Shown here: positions 8,204-17,061 of the stretch, one piece after another
Numbering within the stretch: the first letter of the stretch is position 1
Layout of the letters: each line of letters begins with the position of its first letter
DNA from: Spirochaetales bacterium
Lineage (GTDB): Bacteria; Spirochaetota; Spirochaetia; Sphaerochaetales; Sphaerochaetaceae
DNA length: 56,086 bases
Assembly (NCBI GenBank): GCA_012728215.1
Contig: JAAYFO010000111.1
Coordinates: 1 to 56,086, forward strand
Direction of reading: 5' to 3'
Translations under genes and position numbers: made by a program
Notes under the pieces: model-generated
The model's input: only the letters and a program-made list of their open reading frames with translations
Database searches by the model: none
What the model was told of the DNA's origin: nothing

Positions 8204-9536
8204 CTTCCTCTTCTTCTCCATCAATACCATTGAGTATCTGTGATACACCTTCAGTTGACAGTTTTTGATGCTTGAACGGTCTGCACATCGATCCCATGTA
8301 CGTCTGAACTATCTGTCCGCGTCCCTGAAGGATGTACTTGCTCGACATGAGTCCCTCAAGCCCGACCGGTCCACGTGCATGGATCTTGGAAGTGCTGATT
8401 CCGACTTCCGCACCAAGACCGAATCTGTAGCCATCGGCGAATCTGGTACTGCAGTTGGCAAACACATCTGCACTGTCCACCTTTGTCAGGAACTTTCTCA
8501 TAGCCAGCTCATCCTCAGCGATGATGGCATCGGTGTGGTGAGAGGTGTGATGGGCAATGAAGTCAATCGCCTCGTCGATCGAATCCACCATCAATATGCT
8601 GATCTCCAATCCCAGATATTCTGTATCCCAGTCTGCTTCGGTAGCTCTTGCACACCTGATGATGGAGGAAACTCGCTCGTCTCCGACAATCAGAACATTG
8701 TTTTCAGAAAAAGCCTTTGCCATTATCGGCAAAAACTCCTTGGCGATATCCTTATGAACTATAAGATTCTCAATGCTGTTGCAGGCTGCAGGATAGTTGA
8801 TCTTGGAATCCAATGCGCAAGCCACAGCCTTTCCGACAAATGCCGAACGATCAACATACATGGCGCACAATCCATCGGCATGGCCAAGAACTGGAATCCT
8901 GGTATTCTCCTTAACGTAGCTAATCAGCTCGTAAGACCCTCTGGGAATAATCAGATCCACCAGGCCATCAGCTTCAAGCATCCGCTTCACATCCTCGTGC
9001 GACTCAAGCAGTAGAAGCCAGTTTTCCCCTGCAAAGCTTCCCCTGCAGGACCTTTTTATCGACTCATATAGAACATGGTTAGTGCGATTGGCTTCCTTCC
9101 CACCCTTCAGAACCAGGCAGTTCCCGCTTTTGAGGCACAATGAGACAATCTGAAGGAAGGCATCAGGCCTTGCTTCAAACACCATTCCTATCACCCCGAG
9201 AGGCACGCTGATCTTCTCAAGGAGAAGGTTGTCATCCAGAAGCCTCCTGGCAAGGACCTTCCCTATAGGATCGTCCTGGGCAACCACATCCTCGATTGAC
9301 TCAATCACAGAATCAAGCTTGGCCTCATCAAGCTTGAGCCGGCTCTTCACAGATTCAGATAGAGCCGAAGCATTTCGAAGATCCTCTGCGTTGGCTTCCA
9401 AGATCACATTGCGATCTTGCTGAAGTCCCTTGCATATCTGCAGAAGAAGATCGTTCCTCTGCTCCACGGAGGAAGATGAAAGTGCCGTGCACTGCATCTT
9501 GACCTTGGTTATCTGTTTCTTAATGCTTTCTGCCAT
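8196..9536 (-). CDS. proA: Gamma-glutamyl phosphate reductase
   Basis: Aldehyde dehydrogenase-type ProA sequence with an acidic C-terminal tail (EEEEDE). The start MAESIKK at 9536 has a GGAGAG Shine-Dalgarno. The track ORF extends to 9578. Confidence 0.9.
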   Translation of the reverse strand: MAESIKKQITKVKMQCTALSSSSVEQRNDLLLQICKGLQQDRNVILEANAEDLRNASALSESVKSRLKLDEAKLDSVIESIEDVVAQDDPIGKVLARRLLDDNLLLEKISVPLGVIGMVFEARPDAFLQIVSLCLKSGNCLVLKGGKEANRTNHVLYESIKRSCRGSFAGENWLLLLESHEDVKRMLEADGLVDLIIPRGSYELISYVKENTRIPVLGHADGLCAMYVDRSAFVGKAVACALDSKINYPAACNSIENLIVHKDIAKEFLPIMAKAFSENNVLIVGDERVSSIIRCARATEADWDTEYLGLEISILMVDSIDEAIDFIAHHTSHHTDAIIAEDELAMRKFLTKVDSADVFANCSTRFADGYRFGLGAEVGISTSKIHARGPVGLEGLMSSKYILQGRGQIVQTYMGSMCRPFKHQKLSTEGVSQILNGIDGEEEEDE

Positions 9537-9627
9537 TTCTTCTCTCCAAAAACTCATGAAGTCCTCATAAATATACAATAACTTTCATTTTTATTCATCA
9601 CCTTCGGATGGTTCATCAGCCAAATCA

Positions 9628-9657
9628 TTGCATTATGTCCCCGATAAGTCTTATAAT
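9628..9657 (+). promoter_or_regulatory. Sigma-70-like promoter for proC
   Basis: TTGCAT (9628-9633), 18 nt, TATAAT (9652-9657). GGAGG lies before the ATG at 9691. Confidence 0.55.
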
Positions 9658-9690
9658 GTAGGGCATGAAGAATGAATCGCGGAGGTTCGT

Positions 9691-10521
9691 ATGATCAGAA
9701 TTGGATTTATTGGTTGCGGAAACATGGGAGCGGCAATTGCATCTGCTCTTTCCACGAAGAAGGACTACGAAGTCAGCATCTATGAAAGTGTTGCACAAAA
9801 GCAGGAAGCCTTCCTTGAAAAGCATCCTACGGTGAAAGGTCAGGACTCACTTGAGTCGCTTTTCTCCGCAAGTGACATTCTAGTCATAACGGTAAAGCCA
9901 CAGGTCCTTGGCAACCTCTACCCAGTTCTGGGGAAGCTCGGATCAGTCACCAAGAAATGGATCAGCATTGCGGCAGGAGTTCCTCTTTCGGTTCTTTGCA
10001 AGAAGCTCGGCACCGATCAGGTGGTACGATTCATGCCCAACATAGCGGCGAAGGTCAATGGCGCTGTGACGGCAATCGCAGTCCATCCACAGGCAGACAA
10101 GCAGCTGGAACAGGAAGCTCTTACGATAGCTCAGAGCTTCGGTACCGCATTCTTCCTTGAAGAGGACCTCTTCCCCGCATTCATTGGCATCTCAGGCTCT
10201 GCAATAGCCTTTGTCTTCCAATTCATCCATGCATTGGCCATGGGCGGATGCAAGGAAGGGATTCCATACCCGAAGTCAATTGAGATGATCACCGATACAA
10301 TGCAGGGAGCAATCAAGCTTCAGCAGGAAACCAAGAAAAACGTAGTCGATCTTGAGACATTCGTCTGCTCAGCCGCAGGCACCACGATTGAAGGAGTCCA
10401 GGCCCTGTATGAGAACGGATTTGATGTCGCAGTCATGAAGGCTGTAGTGGCTTCCACCGAACGTGCCCGAGAGCTTGAGAATATTGCCTTGAGCATAGTC
10501 GCTTCCGAGAAGATCAGATAG
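9691..10521 (+). CDS. proC: Pyrroline-5-carboxylate reductase
   Basis: Rossmann N-terminus IGFIGCGNMGAAI. Length and C-terminal dimerisation region are typical of ProC. Confidence 0.9.
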   Translation: MIRIGFIGCGNMGAAIASALSTKKDYEVSIYESVAQKQEAFLEKHPTVKGQDSLESLFSASDILVITVKPQVLGNLYPVLGKLGSVTKKWISIAAGVPLSVLCKKLGTDQVVRFMPNIAAKVNGAVTAIAVHPQADKQLEQEALTIAQSFGTAFFLEEDLFPAFIGISGSAIAFVFQFIHALAMGGCKEGIPYPKSIEMITDTMQGAIKLQQETKKNVVDLETFVCSAAGTTIEGVQALYENGFDVAVMKAVVASTERARELENIALSIVASEKIR

Positions 10522-10531
10522 ACTTTTAAAC

Positions 10532-11572
10532 TCACGCATGATTTCCCATCTGTGATTCCGTCTCCATCTCAAAGATGAGCTTGTCTATCGAAAAAGCGGA
10601 CAGCTGACTTCTGACTATGTCCGGATCATAATTTCTATTGACAATAAGCTGAGCCTTTAGAGGAAGAAGCTTCATCTTATCGCTTGAAGGATCCACCGCA
10701 CACTGAGCAAGAACCCTTGCATAATGGACATTCGATGAAATTGTTCCTCTGGACAAAGGGAATACAGAGCAAAGCAGCTCCTCCGAAATCGCAGTCCTCC
10801 TGGACTGAAGCATATCAAGCTTCATCTTGTTTCTCCTTGAAATCTTTCTCAAGAACTTTTCATTCACATTCAGTGATTGATCCACGAAAGCCCCATTCTC
10901 ATGTCCAACCAGTATCTCTACCTCGATTTTTCTGAAGTATGAACGATTGAGTTTCTCAATCAAATCGTCCCGGGAATTCTTTCTGGCGATAATCTGATCA
11001 TAGAAGCGGCATTGATAGTCTGCCAGCTCTCTTTCGCTCATTTGGAACAGATTGCAAATCAAAGTCCGTTTGTCAAAATCCAGAAGCGGAAGCATCGAAA
11101 GCAGATAAGTCACCATTCTTCTTCGCCATGCTGGAAGCTGATGGCATACCATTGCAATCCGAAGAAGTGGCTGCATCCGGTCAATAGGGTTATCTTCGCT
11201 GAGAACTGAATCGTCACTGCCGTAACATTCATCGGTAGCGATTGAATAGAGCAGGTCGCCTACCTCCATCTGCTTTTTCTTCTTCATCATGTCAGAAAAA
11301 TAAGAACGCCTTCGAAACTTCATTATCTTGTACAGATATTGCTCGAAATCCGCACCTATGTAGACAAACTTACGCACGATCCGAGAAAGAGATGGCATTA
11401 TATACAGTACAAACCCTGATGCTTCTTCACTCCTTATGCTGAGATAACGGCAGTTCTGATATACGAACAGCATGCAGCGCTTGATGATCGAACTGAATTT
11501 TTCAAGTCTTTCTTTATCTGAAGTGTACGAACCATCCGACAAGCCGATAACATCCAAAGTGAGATCGGTCAT
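10532..11572 (-). CDS. Hypothetical protein with sigma-70 region-2-like and region-4-like segments
   Basis: ISEELLCSVFPLSRGTISSNVHYARVLA fits the region 4.2 pattern G-T-[IV]-x-S-x-[IV]-x-x-A-R. FEQYLYKIMKFRRRSYF resembles region 2.1/2.2. The start MTDLTL at 11572 has a GGAGGA Shine-Dalgarno. An alternative ATG is at 11593. Confidence 0.55.
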   Translation of the reverse strand: MTDLTLDVIGLSDGSYTSDKERLEKFSSIIKRCMLFVYQNCRYLSIRSEEASGFVLYIMPSLSRIVRKFVYIGADFEQYLYKIMKFRRRSYFSDMMKKKKQMEVGDLLYSIATDECYGSDDSVLSEDNPIDRMQPLLRIAMVCHQLPAWRRRMVTYLLSMLPLLDFDKRTLICNLFQMSERELADYQCRFYDQIIARKNSRDDLIEKLNRSYFRKIEVEILVGHENGAFVDQSLNVNEKFLRKISRRNKMKLDMLQSRRTAISEELLCSVFPLSRGTISSNVHYARVLAQCAVDPSSDKMKLLPLKAQLIVNRNYDPDIVRSQLSAFSIDKLIFEMETESQMGNHA

Positions 11573-11646
11573 TGCTCCTCCATGAGGGTTCATAGGAATT
11601 TGCTGCGGGTGAGATTCACATTAGCATAGCTTTCCCACTGATTAAA

Positions 11647-11714
11647 GCAAAGTCCCCTTGTTACGGGTCATTAACGGCTTTGAATGACTATTAATTCCCA
11701 AACAAGGGCTTTGC
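11647..11714 (-). other. Nested inverted-repeat element in the nrnA-like / sigma-like intergenic region
   Basis: The outer arms are GCAAAGTCCCCTTGTT (11647-11662) and AACAAGGGCTTTGC (11701-11714), with a 2-nt bulge. The inner arms are GTCATT (11668-11673) and AATGAC (11683-11688). Confidence 0.35.
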
Positions 11715-11740
11715 TCAAACAGCAAAAAAACTTGAAGTCA

Positions 11741-12751
11741 TTAATTGAAACAGCCGTTCATGGAATTCACGACAGCGTTCAGTGCAGTCTCCATATCCAT
11801 CGCCACATCCGCTCCGGAGGCATGGACATGACCACCGCCATTGAACTTGCCTGGAAATTCCGAGGCTATTGCACCCACATCTATTCCACTTCTATGGGAA
11901 GACCTGAAGCTGAGATTTGTCCTGTTAGGCTCCAGATATCGAAGCATCACTACGGCCTGCACACCCTGGACCAGAAACATCCGGGCAAAGTAGTCATCAG
12001 TCGGAGCCGGGTTTCCCTCATATTCGGCAGCATCGCTTTCATATTCAAATGAAATGGCCAGACGTCCTTCGTGGAAGAATCTGCTCCGATCCATAAGCTT
12101 GGAAAGAAATCTGTTCACTGCCATGCTCTGCCGTGAAAAAATGTATTCGTATTCATAGCTCACGCAAAGCCCATAAGCATTGGTCAGCTCCGCAATGAGA
12201 AAGAAAGTCTCGTTCTGCTTGGAATCAATGAACCTGAACCCACCGGAATCGGTAATGAATCCACGGAGAATGTATTGTGCACATTCCTTTGAAATAGTGA
12301 CTCCAAGCGCCTTTGACAGCTGATAGATTATCAAGGTCGTGGACACTGATTCAGGAATCCGATACACCGCATCACCGAAGTCCGGATCATGGCTGCTGTG
12401 ATGGTCAAGAATCACCACTTTCAGCTTGGACAAGTCAGCAGCTCCAAAAGCGGTACCCACTCTCTGCGCATCACTGCAGTCAACAATCACCACAAGTGGA
12501 TCACTAGCAAGAAAGTCTTCAGTGGGAGAAGAATAAAAAGAAGCTGCGCAAGGAAGAACTTCTGATCTGTTGAAAGGGCCCTCATTGACCATCATGGTCT
12601 TCTTTCCCATGGAACGAAGAATCAGATCCAGAGCCATGGAAGAATAGGCACAGTCAGCATCCGGCCTTTTATGGCTGGCGATCATCACATGGCTGGCATC
12701 TTTGATCAGATTCAACAGAGGTTGTCCAATGGAAGGATAAAGCATCTTCAT
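11741..12751 (-). CDS. DHH/DHHA1 family phosphoesterase (NrnA-like nanoRNase/pAp phosphatase)
   Basis: Motifs [18 protein letters not shown] and [10 protein letters not shown]. 4-nt overlap with the clpX stop. Confidence 0.85.
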   Translation of the reverse strand: MKMLYPSIGQPLLNLIKDASHVMIASHKRPDADCAYSSMALDLILRSMGKKTMMVNEGPFNRSEVLPCAASFYSSPTEDFLASDPLVVIVDCSDAQRVGTAFGAADLSKLKVVILDHHSSHDPDFGDAVYRIPESVSTTLIIYQLSKALGVTISKECAQYILRGFITDSGGFRFIDSKQNETFFLIAELTNAYGLCVSYEYEYIFSRQSMAVNRFLSKLMDRSRFFHEGRLAISFEYESDAAEYEGNPAPTDDYFARMFLVQGVQAVVMLRYLEPNRTNLSFRSSHRSGIDVGAIASEFPGKFNGGGHVHASGADVAMDMETALNAVVNSMNGCFN

Positions 12752-13995
12752 CCCTCCATCTTTAATTCGTTTCCATCCTTGTCGAGAAGTCTCGGCGCCT
12801 TGCCTTCAAGAATGCAGTCACCCTCAATCACTACCTTGGCGACATCGGTTCTTGAAGGAATGTCGAACATGATGTCCATCATCACATTCTCCACTATGCT
12901 TCTGATTCCTCTTGCGCCAGTATCCTGGGCGAAGGCCGTTTGGGCAACAGCATCCACAGCTTCCGACTTGAACACAAGCTCGACACCATCTATGAGCATC
13001 GACTGCTCATATTGCTTGATGATTGAGTTCCTAGGTTCAATGATTATCCTCTTCAGGTCATCCTTTCCCAGGCTGTTGAGCCCTACGTGAACAGGAAGTC
13101 TTCCAATGAATTCAGGAATCAGTCCGAACTTGATCAGATCATCGGGAAGAAGATTCTTGTACAGAACCGAAAGATTTCTATCGGTCTTGTCCTCAATTAC
13201 AGCCCCAAAACCCATGGAAGAAGAGGAAAGTCTCTTCTCAATAAGCTTGTCCAGACCAACGAACGCTCCACCGCAGATGAAGAGGATATCCTTGGTGTCT
13301 ATCTTGATCATCTCCTGATTCGGATGCTTTCTTCCACCCTGAGGGGGAACATTTGCCACAGTCCCTTCGATGATCTTAAGAAGTGCCTGCTGCACTCCTT
13401 CACCAGATACATCACGTGTGATTGAGACATTCTCGCTCTTCTTGGCAATCTTGTCGATTTCATCGATGAAGACAATTCCATGCTCTGCCTTGGAGATATC
13501 ATCATCTGCGGCCTGAATAAGCTTGAGAAGGATGTTCTCCACATCTTCACCGACATAACCGGCTTCGGTCAGAGTCGTTGCATCGGCAATGGCGAATGGA
13601 ACCGACAGCTTCCTTGCAAGCGTTCTTGCAAGAAGCGTCTTTCCAGTGCCTGTAGGTCCCACCATCAGGATGTTGGACTTGTCTATCTCTATCTCACTGT
13701 CAGGATGTTCCTGAAGGTACTTCACCCTCTTGTAATGGTTGTACACAGCGACGGAAAGAACCTTCTTTGCTTCGGTCTGTCCAATAACATATTCATTGAG
13801 GTATTCAAACAGTTCCTTTGGTGTGGGAATATTCTGCAGAACCTCAACGGTACTGGCAGTGACAGGCTTACCGGCACCACGAAGGATCTTCTGGCACTGG
13901 TCCACACATTCGGAACAGATTGCGACTCCGTTTGCACCGGTCACCAGCACATTGGTAGTGCTCCCGCAAAAGGAGCAGGATTTAGGTCTTGCCAT
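12748..13995 (-). CDS. clpX: ATP-dependent Clp protease ATP-binding subunit ClpX
   Basis: Zinc-binding N-terminus CSFCG...CSECV, Walker A GPTGTGKT. The start MARPKS at 13995 lies right after the clpP stop. The track ORF's upstream extension overlaps clpP. Confidence 0.95.
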   Translation of the reverse strand: MARPKSCSFCGSTTNVLVTGANGVAICSECVDQCQKILRGAGKPVTASTVEVLQNIPTPKELFEYLNEYVIGQTEAKKVLSVAVYNHYKRVKYLQEHPDSEIEIDKSNILMVGPTGTGKTLLARTLARKLSVPFAIADATTLTEAGYVGEDVENILLKLIQAADDDISKAEHGIVFIDEIDKIAKKSENVSITRDVSGEGVQQALLKIIEGTVANVPPQGGRKHPNQEMIKIDTKDILFICGGAFVGLDKLIEKRLSSSSMGFGAVIEDKTDRNLSVLYKNLLPDDLIKFGLIPEFIGRLPVHVGLNSLGKDDLKRIIIEPRNSIIKQYEQSMLIDGVELVFKSEAVDAVAQTAFAQDTGARGIRSIVENVMMDIMFDIPSRTDVAKVVIEGDCILEGKAPRLLDKDGNELKMEG

Positions 13996-13996
13996 A

Positions 13997-14593
13997 TCAC
14001 TTCCTCTCCAAAACTCTGTCAATGACACCATATTCCAAGGCGGCGCTGGCGTCCATGAACAAATCTCTTTCCAGATCAGCTTCGACCTGTGACGCTGTCT
14101 TGTGGCAGGCCTTGGCCAAGTATGTGGCATAAAGAGTCTTGAGTCTGTTGATTTCTCTGGCATGGATTGCAATATCGGTCGTCTGACCTTCCACGCCTCC
14201 CAACGGCTGGTGAATCATCACACGAGAGGAAGGAAGTGCAAAACGTCTTCCCTCCTTCCCTCCAGCCAGAATCAAGGCAGCCATCGAAGCAGCCTGTCCG
14301 ATGCAGATGGTGGAGACCGAACTGCGGATGTACTGCATGGTGTCATATATTGCAAGACCGGCGGTAACGCTTCCACCTGGTGAGTTTATGTACAGACTGA
14401 TTTCCTTCTGAGGATTCTCCGCTTCCAGGAAAAGAAGCTGAGCCACCACCAAATCGGCAGTGTTATCATTTATCTCTCCGTCGAGGAACACAATCCTCTC
14501 TCGAAGAAGTCTGCTGTAAATATCGAATATTCTCTCGCCGTTTCCTGAATTCTCTATAACATTCGGAACCAGGTTAAGCATTCTTTCATTCAT
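13997..14593 (-). CDS. clpP: ATP-dependent Clp protease proteolytic subunit
   Basis: Typical ClpP sequence (catalytic Ser context [16 protein letters not shown]). Confidence 0.95.
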   Translation of the reverse strand: MNERMLNLVPNVIENSGNGERIFDIYSRLLRERIVFLDGEINDNTADLVVAQLLFLEAENPQKEISLYINSPGGSVTAGLAIYDTMQYIRSSVSTICIGQAASMAALILAGGKEGRRFALPSSRVMIHQPLGGVEGQTTDIAIHAREINRLKTLYATYLAKACHKTASQVEADLERDLFMDASAALEYGVIDRVLERK

Positions 14594-14676
14594 CAGTCAC
14601 ATCTCCATCATTGACAGAAGGCCCCGGTTTTCCGCCAGAGCCCTCTGATCATCAAAAATTATCTGGCCGCTTCAAT

Positions 14677-16188
14677 TCAGTTCTCAGCTTTCGCTTCATC
14701 TTTCTTCGGCTCGGCCTTCTTTGCCGCTGTCTTCTTGGCAGCAGGCTTCCTGGCAGCAGGCTTCCTGGCTGGCTTGGCATCAGCGGCAGGTGTCTCTTCA
14801 GCAGCATCGGTTGAAGGCGTCTCTTCCTTCTTCTCGACCTTGACAAACTCGTTGTTCTTGATCAGGAACTGAATTGCCTTGTCCTTGCCAATCTGAGAAC
14901 GAAGCTCACCCTTGACCATAGACTCATACGCTTCGCCATACATCTTGGTGTCAATCTTGTTCTCTTCAATGAACTTGTCCAGTTCGCTGTCATCAGCGAC
15001 CTGAGTCTTCTCCACTTCAACCAGCTTGTCCAGAATCAATCCGGCTCTGATGTTCGAGAGATTCTCATCACTGAACTTGTCACCAATCATCGAAGTATAG
15101 CTTTCTCTGGTGATTCCCATCGAAGCAAGGTACTTCTCGCTGTCGGCATAGCTTCTCTGACCATTGCCAGTGAACTGCTGTACAAATCCGTACCACTTCT
15201 CTTCCAATGCATTGTCAACCATAAGTTCAGGGACATCAATCGAAGTGTTCTTGATGATTTCCTTGAGCAATGCATCGATCTTCACGTTCTCGACCTGCTT
15301 CTCGTAAGCATCGAAGGCCTTGTCGTGAATATCCTTCTTCAGGTCGTCAATGCTTGCGAACTTCTCATTGACATCCTGTGCAAAGTCGTCATCAAGCTCG
15401 GGCAGTGTTCTGACCTTGATCTTCTTGAGAACGATCTTCCAGGTCTTGTTCTGCTCAGGATATGCAGACTCCTTGGCGTATTCAACCTCGGCTGTCTTGA
15501 CCTCGTCACGCTTCATGCCGATGATTTTTTTGTCCAGCTCATAAGGAGCAGCAGGAGTCTCGGCCAAGGTGCAGACGTAGTCATTCTTTCTTGTCTCTTC
15601 GATTTCAGAACCGTCAGCGGCAATCTCAATCAGATCCAAAGTGACGATGTCCCCAGCTTCCGCTGTGTCGCCCTTCTTCTCTTCGATCATTGCGTTTCTG
15701 GACCTTATGCCCTCAAGCTCGGTCTCCTCCACCTTCGGATCATAGTCTTCAGCACTGTATTCGACTTTCAGTCCCTTGTAGGTTCCAAGCTCGAACTGTG
15801 GGTAGACATCATACTTGATCTGGCAGACTACATCCTCGCCCTTCTTGATTGGGAAGATGTCCTTCTCGTTCATCAGATCAAGAGCTCTGCTGTCCAAAGG
15901 CTGGTATTCCTTTGCCACTGCTTCTTTCTCGTCTTCCGGAGTGAAGATTTCCTGGACTGCCTTGTCCAACATATCTGTGAATGTCTCACTGAGAATCGAC
16001 TCTCCATACTTGCTTTCGATAAGGCTTACCGGAGCCTTGCCCTTTCTGAATCCATTGATGGTAAGCTGCTTGGCATATTTGCCCAATTCGGTCTTGAATG
16101 ACTCGTCAACAGCAGCAGCTGAAAAAACGAGAGTCATCTTCACAGAGGATTTCTCAAGCTTCTCAAACTTCTTTGTGTATTTTTCCAT
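14677..16188 (-). CDS. tig: Trigger factor with a Lys/Ala/Pro-rich C-terminal extension
   Basis: GFRKGKAP ribosome-binding motif, FKBP-like middle, C-terminal chaperone arm. Start MEKYTKK at 16188 (the track ORF extends to 16254). The tail is KPARKPAARKPAAKKTAAKKAEPKKDEAKAEN. Confidence 0.9.
   Translation of the reverse strand: MEKYTKKFEKLEKSSVKMTLVFSAAAVDESFKTELGKYAKQLTINGFRKGKAPVSLIESKYGESILSETFTDMLDKAVQEIFTPEDEKEAVAKEYQPLDSRALDLMNEKDIFPIKKGEDVVCQIKYDVYPQFELGTYKGLKVEYSAEDYDPKVEETELEGIRSRNAMIEEKKGDTAEAGDIVTLDLIEIAADGSEIEETRKNDYVCTLAETPAAPYELDKKIIGMKRDEVKTAEVEYAKESAYPEQNKTWKIVLKKIKVRTLPELDDDFAQDVNEKFASIDDLKKDIHDKAFDAYEKQVENVKIDALLKEIIKNTSIDVPELMVDNALEEKWYGFVQQFTGNGQRSYADSEKYLASMGITRESYTSMIGDKFSDENLSNIRAGLILDKLVEVEKTQVADDSELDKFIEENKIDTKMYGEAYESMVKGELRSQIGKDKAIQFLIKNNEFVKVEKKEETPSTDAAEETPAADAKPARKPAARKPAAKKTAAKKAEPKKDEAKAEN
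14737..14770 (-). repeat. 15-nt tandem repeat (just over 2 copies) encoding RKPAA repeats in the tig tail
   Basis: ggcagcaggcttcct at 14737-14751 is repeated at 14752-14766, followed by a partial copy. Confidence 0.8.
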
Positions 16189-16305
16189 TGCATTTCCTCG
16201 CTGAAATTTTACGTGCATTGCTAATATATCGAAATTAAGATGTTTTATCCACACCTAACACATATTTTTTCTGTAATTATTTCCCACAGAAGACAAAAAG
16301 CGTCA

Positions 16306-17061
16306 TCAGTGCCACCCAAAAAAGCAGAAAGCCACTGCAAATGCACTCACCAGCACAAGCTGAGGCACGCAACGGGCAAAAGACGGCAAGGCATGAAATC
16401 TCGTCGGCCGTATCTGGGAACCGAACCCTCGCTGCTCCAACGCCATGGCAAAAAGAGGAATGGAACGCAGTGCAAACACCAGAGCGGATATCAAGCTTGG
16501 AACCGCCTCCTTGATTTTCCGATTTCTGGCAACATGATCCTGCCTGAGCGTATGGCTGTCGGAAATCTGAGCCATTGTATGTGACAGCGTCGGAAGAAAC
16601 CTCAGAACCAGGCTGATGGTGAGTCCGGCACGATAGCTCAGCCCGAAAAAGCTCAGACCCAGCACAATGTCACTCTGCCGGGTGCAAAGGATCAGAAGGG
16701 AGAATCCGAATGTTAGAATCACGAACCTGCTTCCTATCAGGACGAGGTTCTCCATTCCTTCCAACGTAATGACGACGAAGTTGCCAATCTCCAGAAGCGG
16801 TGTTCCCTCCCTGTTTGAGACGGGGCTTAGCAGGACCATTATCAGCAAAACAGGCAGAACAGATGAAAATACCTTCCAGGTCCTTGTCAGACCGATCTCG
16901 ATTGAGGAAAGCACAATGAGCGAAATGGATAGAATCACCATCGCTCCAAGAGACAGAGGAAGGAATACCATCACAATCAGTTCCAGAAGAATGATCATCT
17001 TCAGTCTGCTGTCCATCCGTGAAAGAAGACAGTCACGTCCCATGAAGGAATCAATGTTCAT
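16306..17061 (-). CDS. ecfT: Energy-coupling factor transporter transmembrane component (EcfT/CbiQ family)
   Basis: CbiQ-like TM protein directly after a tandem ECF-type ATPase, with an 11-nt overlap. Confidence 0.8.
   Translation of the reverse strand: MNIDSFMGRDCLLSRMDSRLKMIILLELIVMVFLPLSLGAMVILSISLIVLSSIEIGLTRTWKVFSSVLPVLLIMVLLSPVSNREGTPLLEIGNFVVITLEGMENLVLIGSRFVILTFGFSLLILCTRQSDIVLGLSFFGLSYRAGLTISLVLRFLPTLSHTMAQISDSHTLRQDHVARNRKIKEAVPSLISALVFALRSIPLFAMALEQRGFGSQIRPTRFHALPSFARCVPQLVLVSAFAVAFCFFGWH

Noticed and set aside
13996-14172. 59-codon N-terminal extension of ClpX
   Set aside because: It overlaps the clpP coding sequence in another frame. The canonical ClpX zinc-finger N-terminus starts at [11 protein letters not shown], immediately after the clpP stop.
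15325-16101. 258-aa plus-strand ORF antisense to tig. The similar long antisense ORFs are 8265-9014 (in proA), 16667-17467 (in ecfT/ecfA), 37679-38317 (in cls), 39528-40884 (in yfcE/fumC), 46491-47777 (in the FAD oxidoreductase) and 55319-56041.
   Set aside because: All lie fully inside, and opposite to, genes with strong family motifs. Their translations are low-complexity (Leu/Ser/Arg-rich) with no recognisable motif or Shine-Dalgarno. These are typical shadow ORFs caused by stop-codon depletion on the antisense strand.
16245-16253. Perfect DnaA box TTATCCACA upstream of tig, considered together with the minus-to-plus gene-strand switch between about 21 and 30 kb as a possible oriC
   Set aside because: It is a single box with no cluster, no AT-rich DUE, and no dnaA/dnaN nearby. 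One perfect 9-mer in 56 kb, counting both strands, is compatible with chance.
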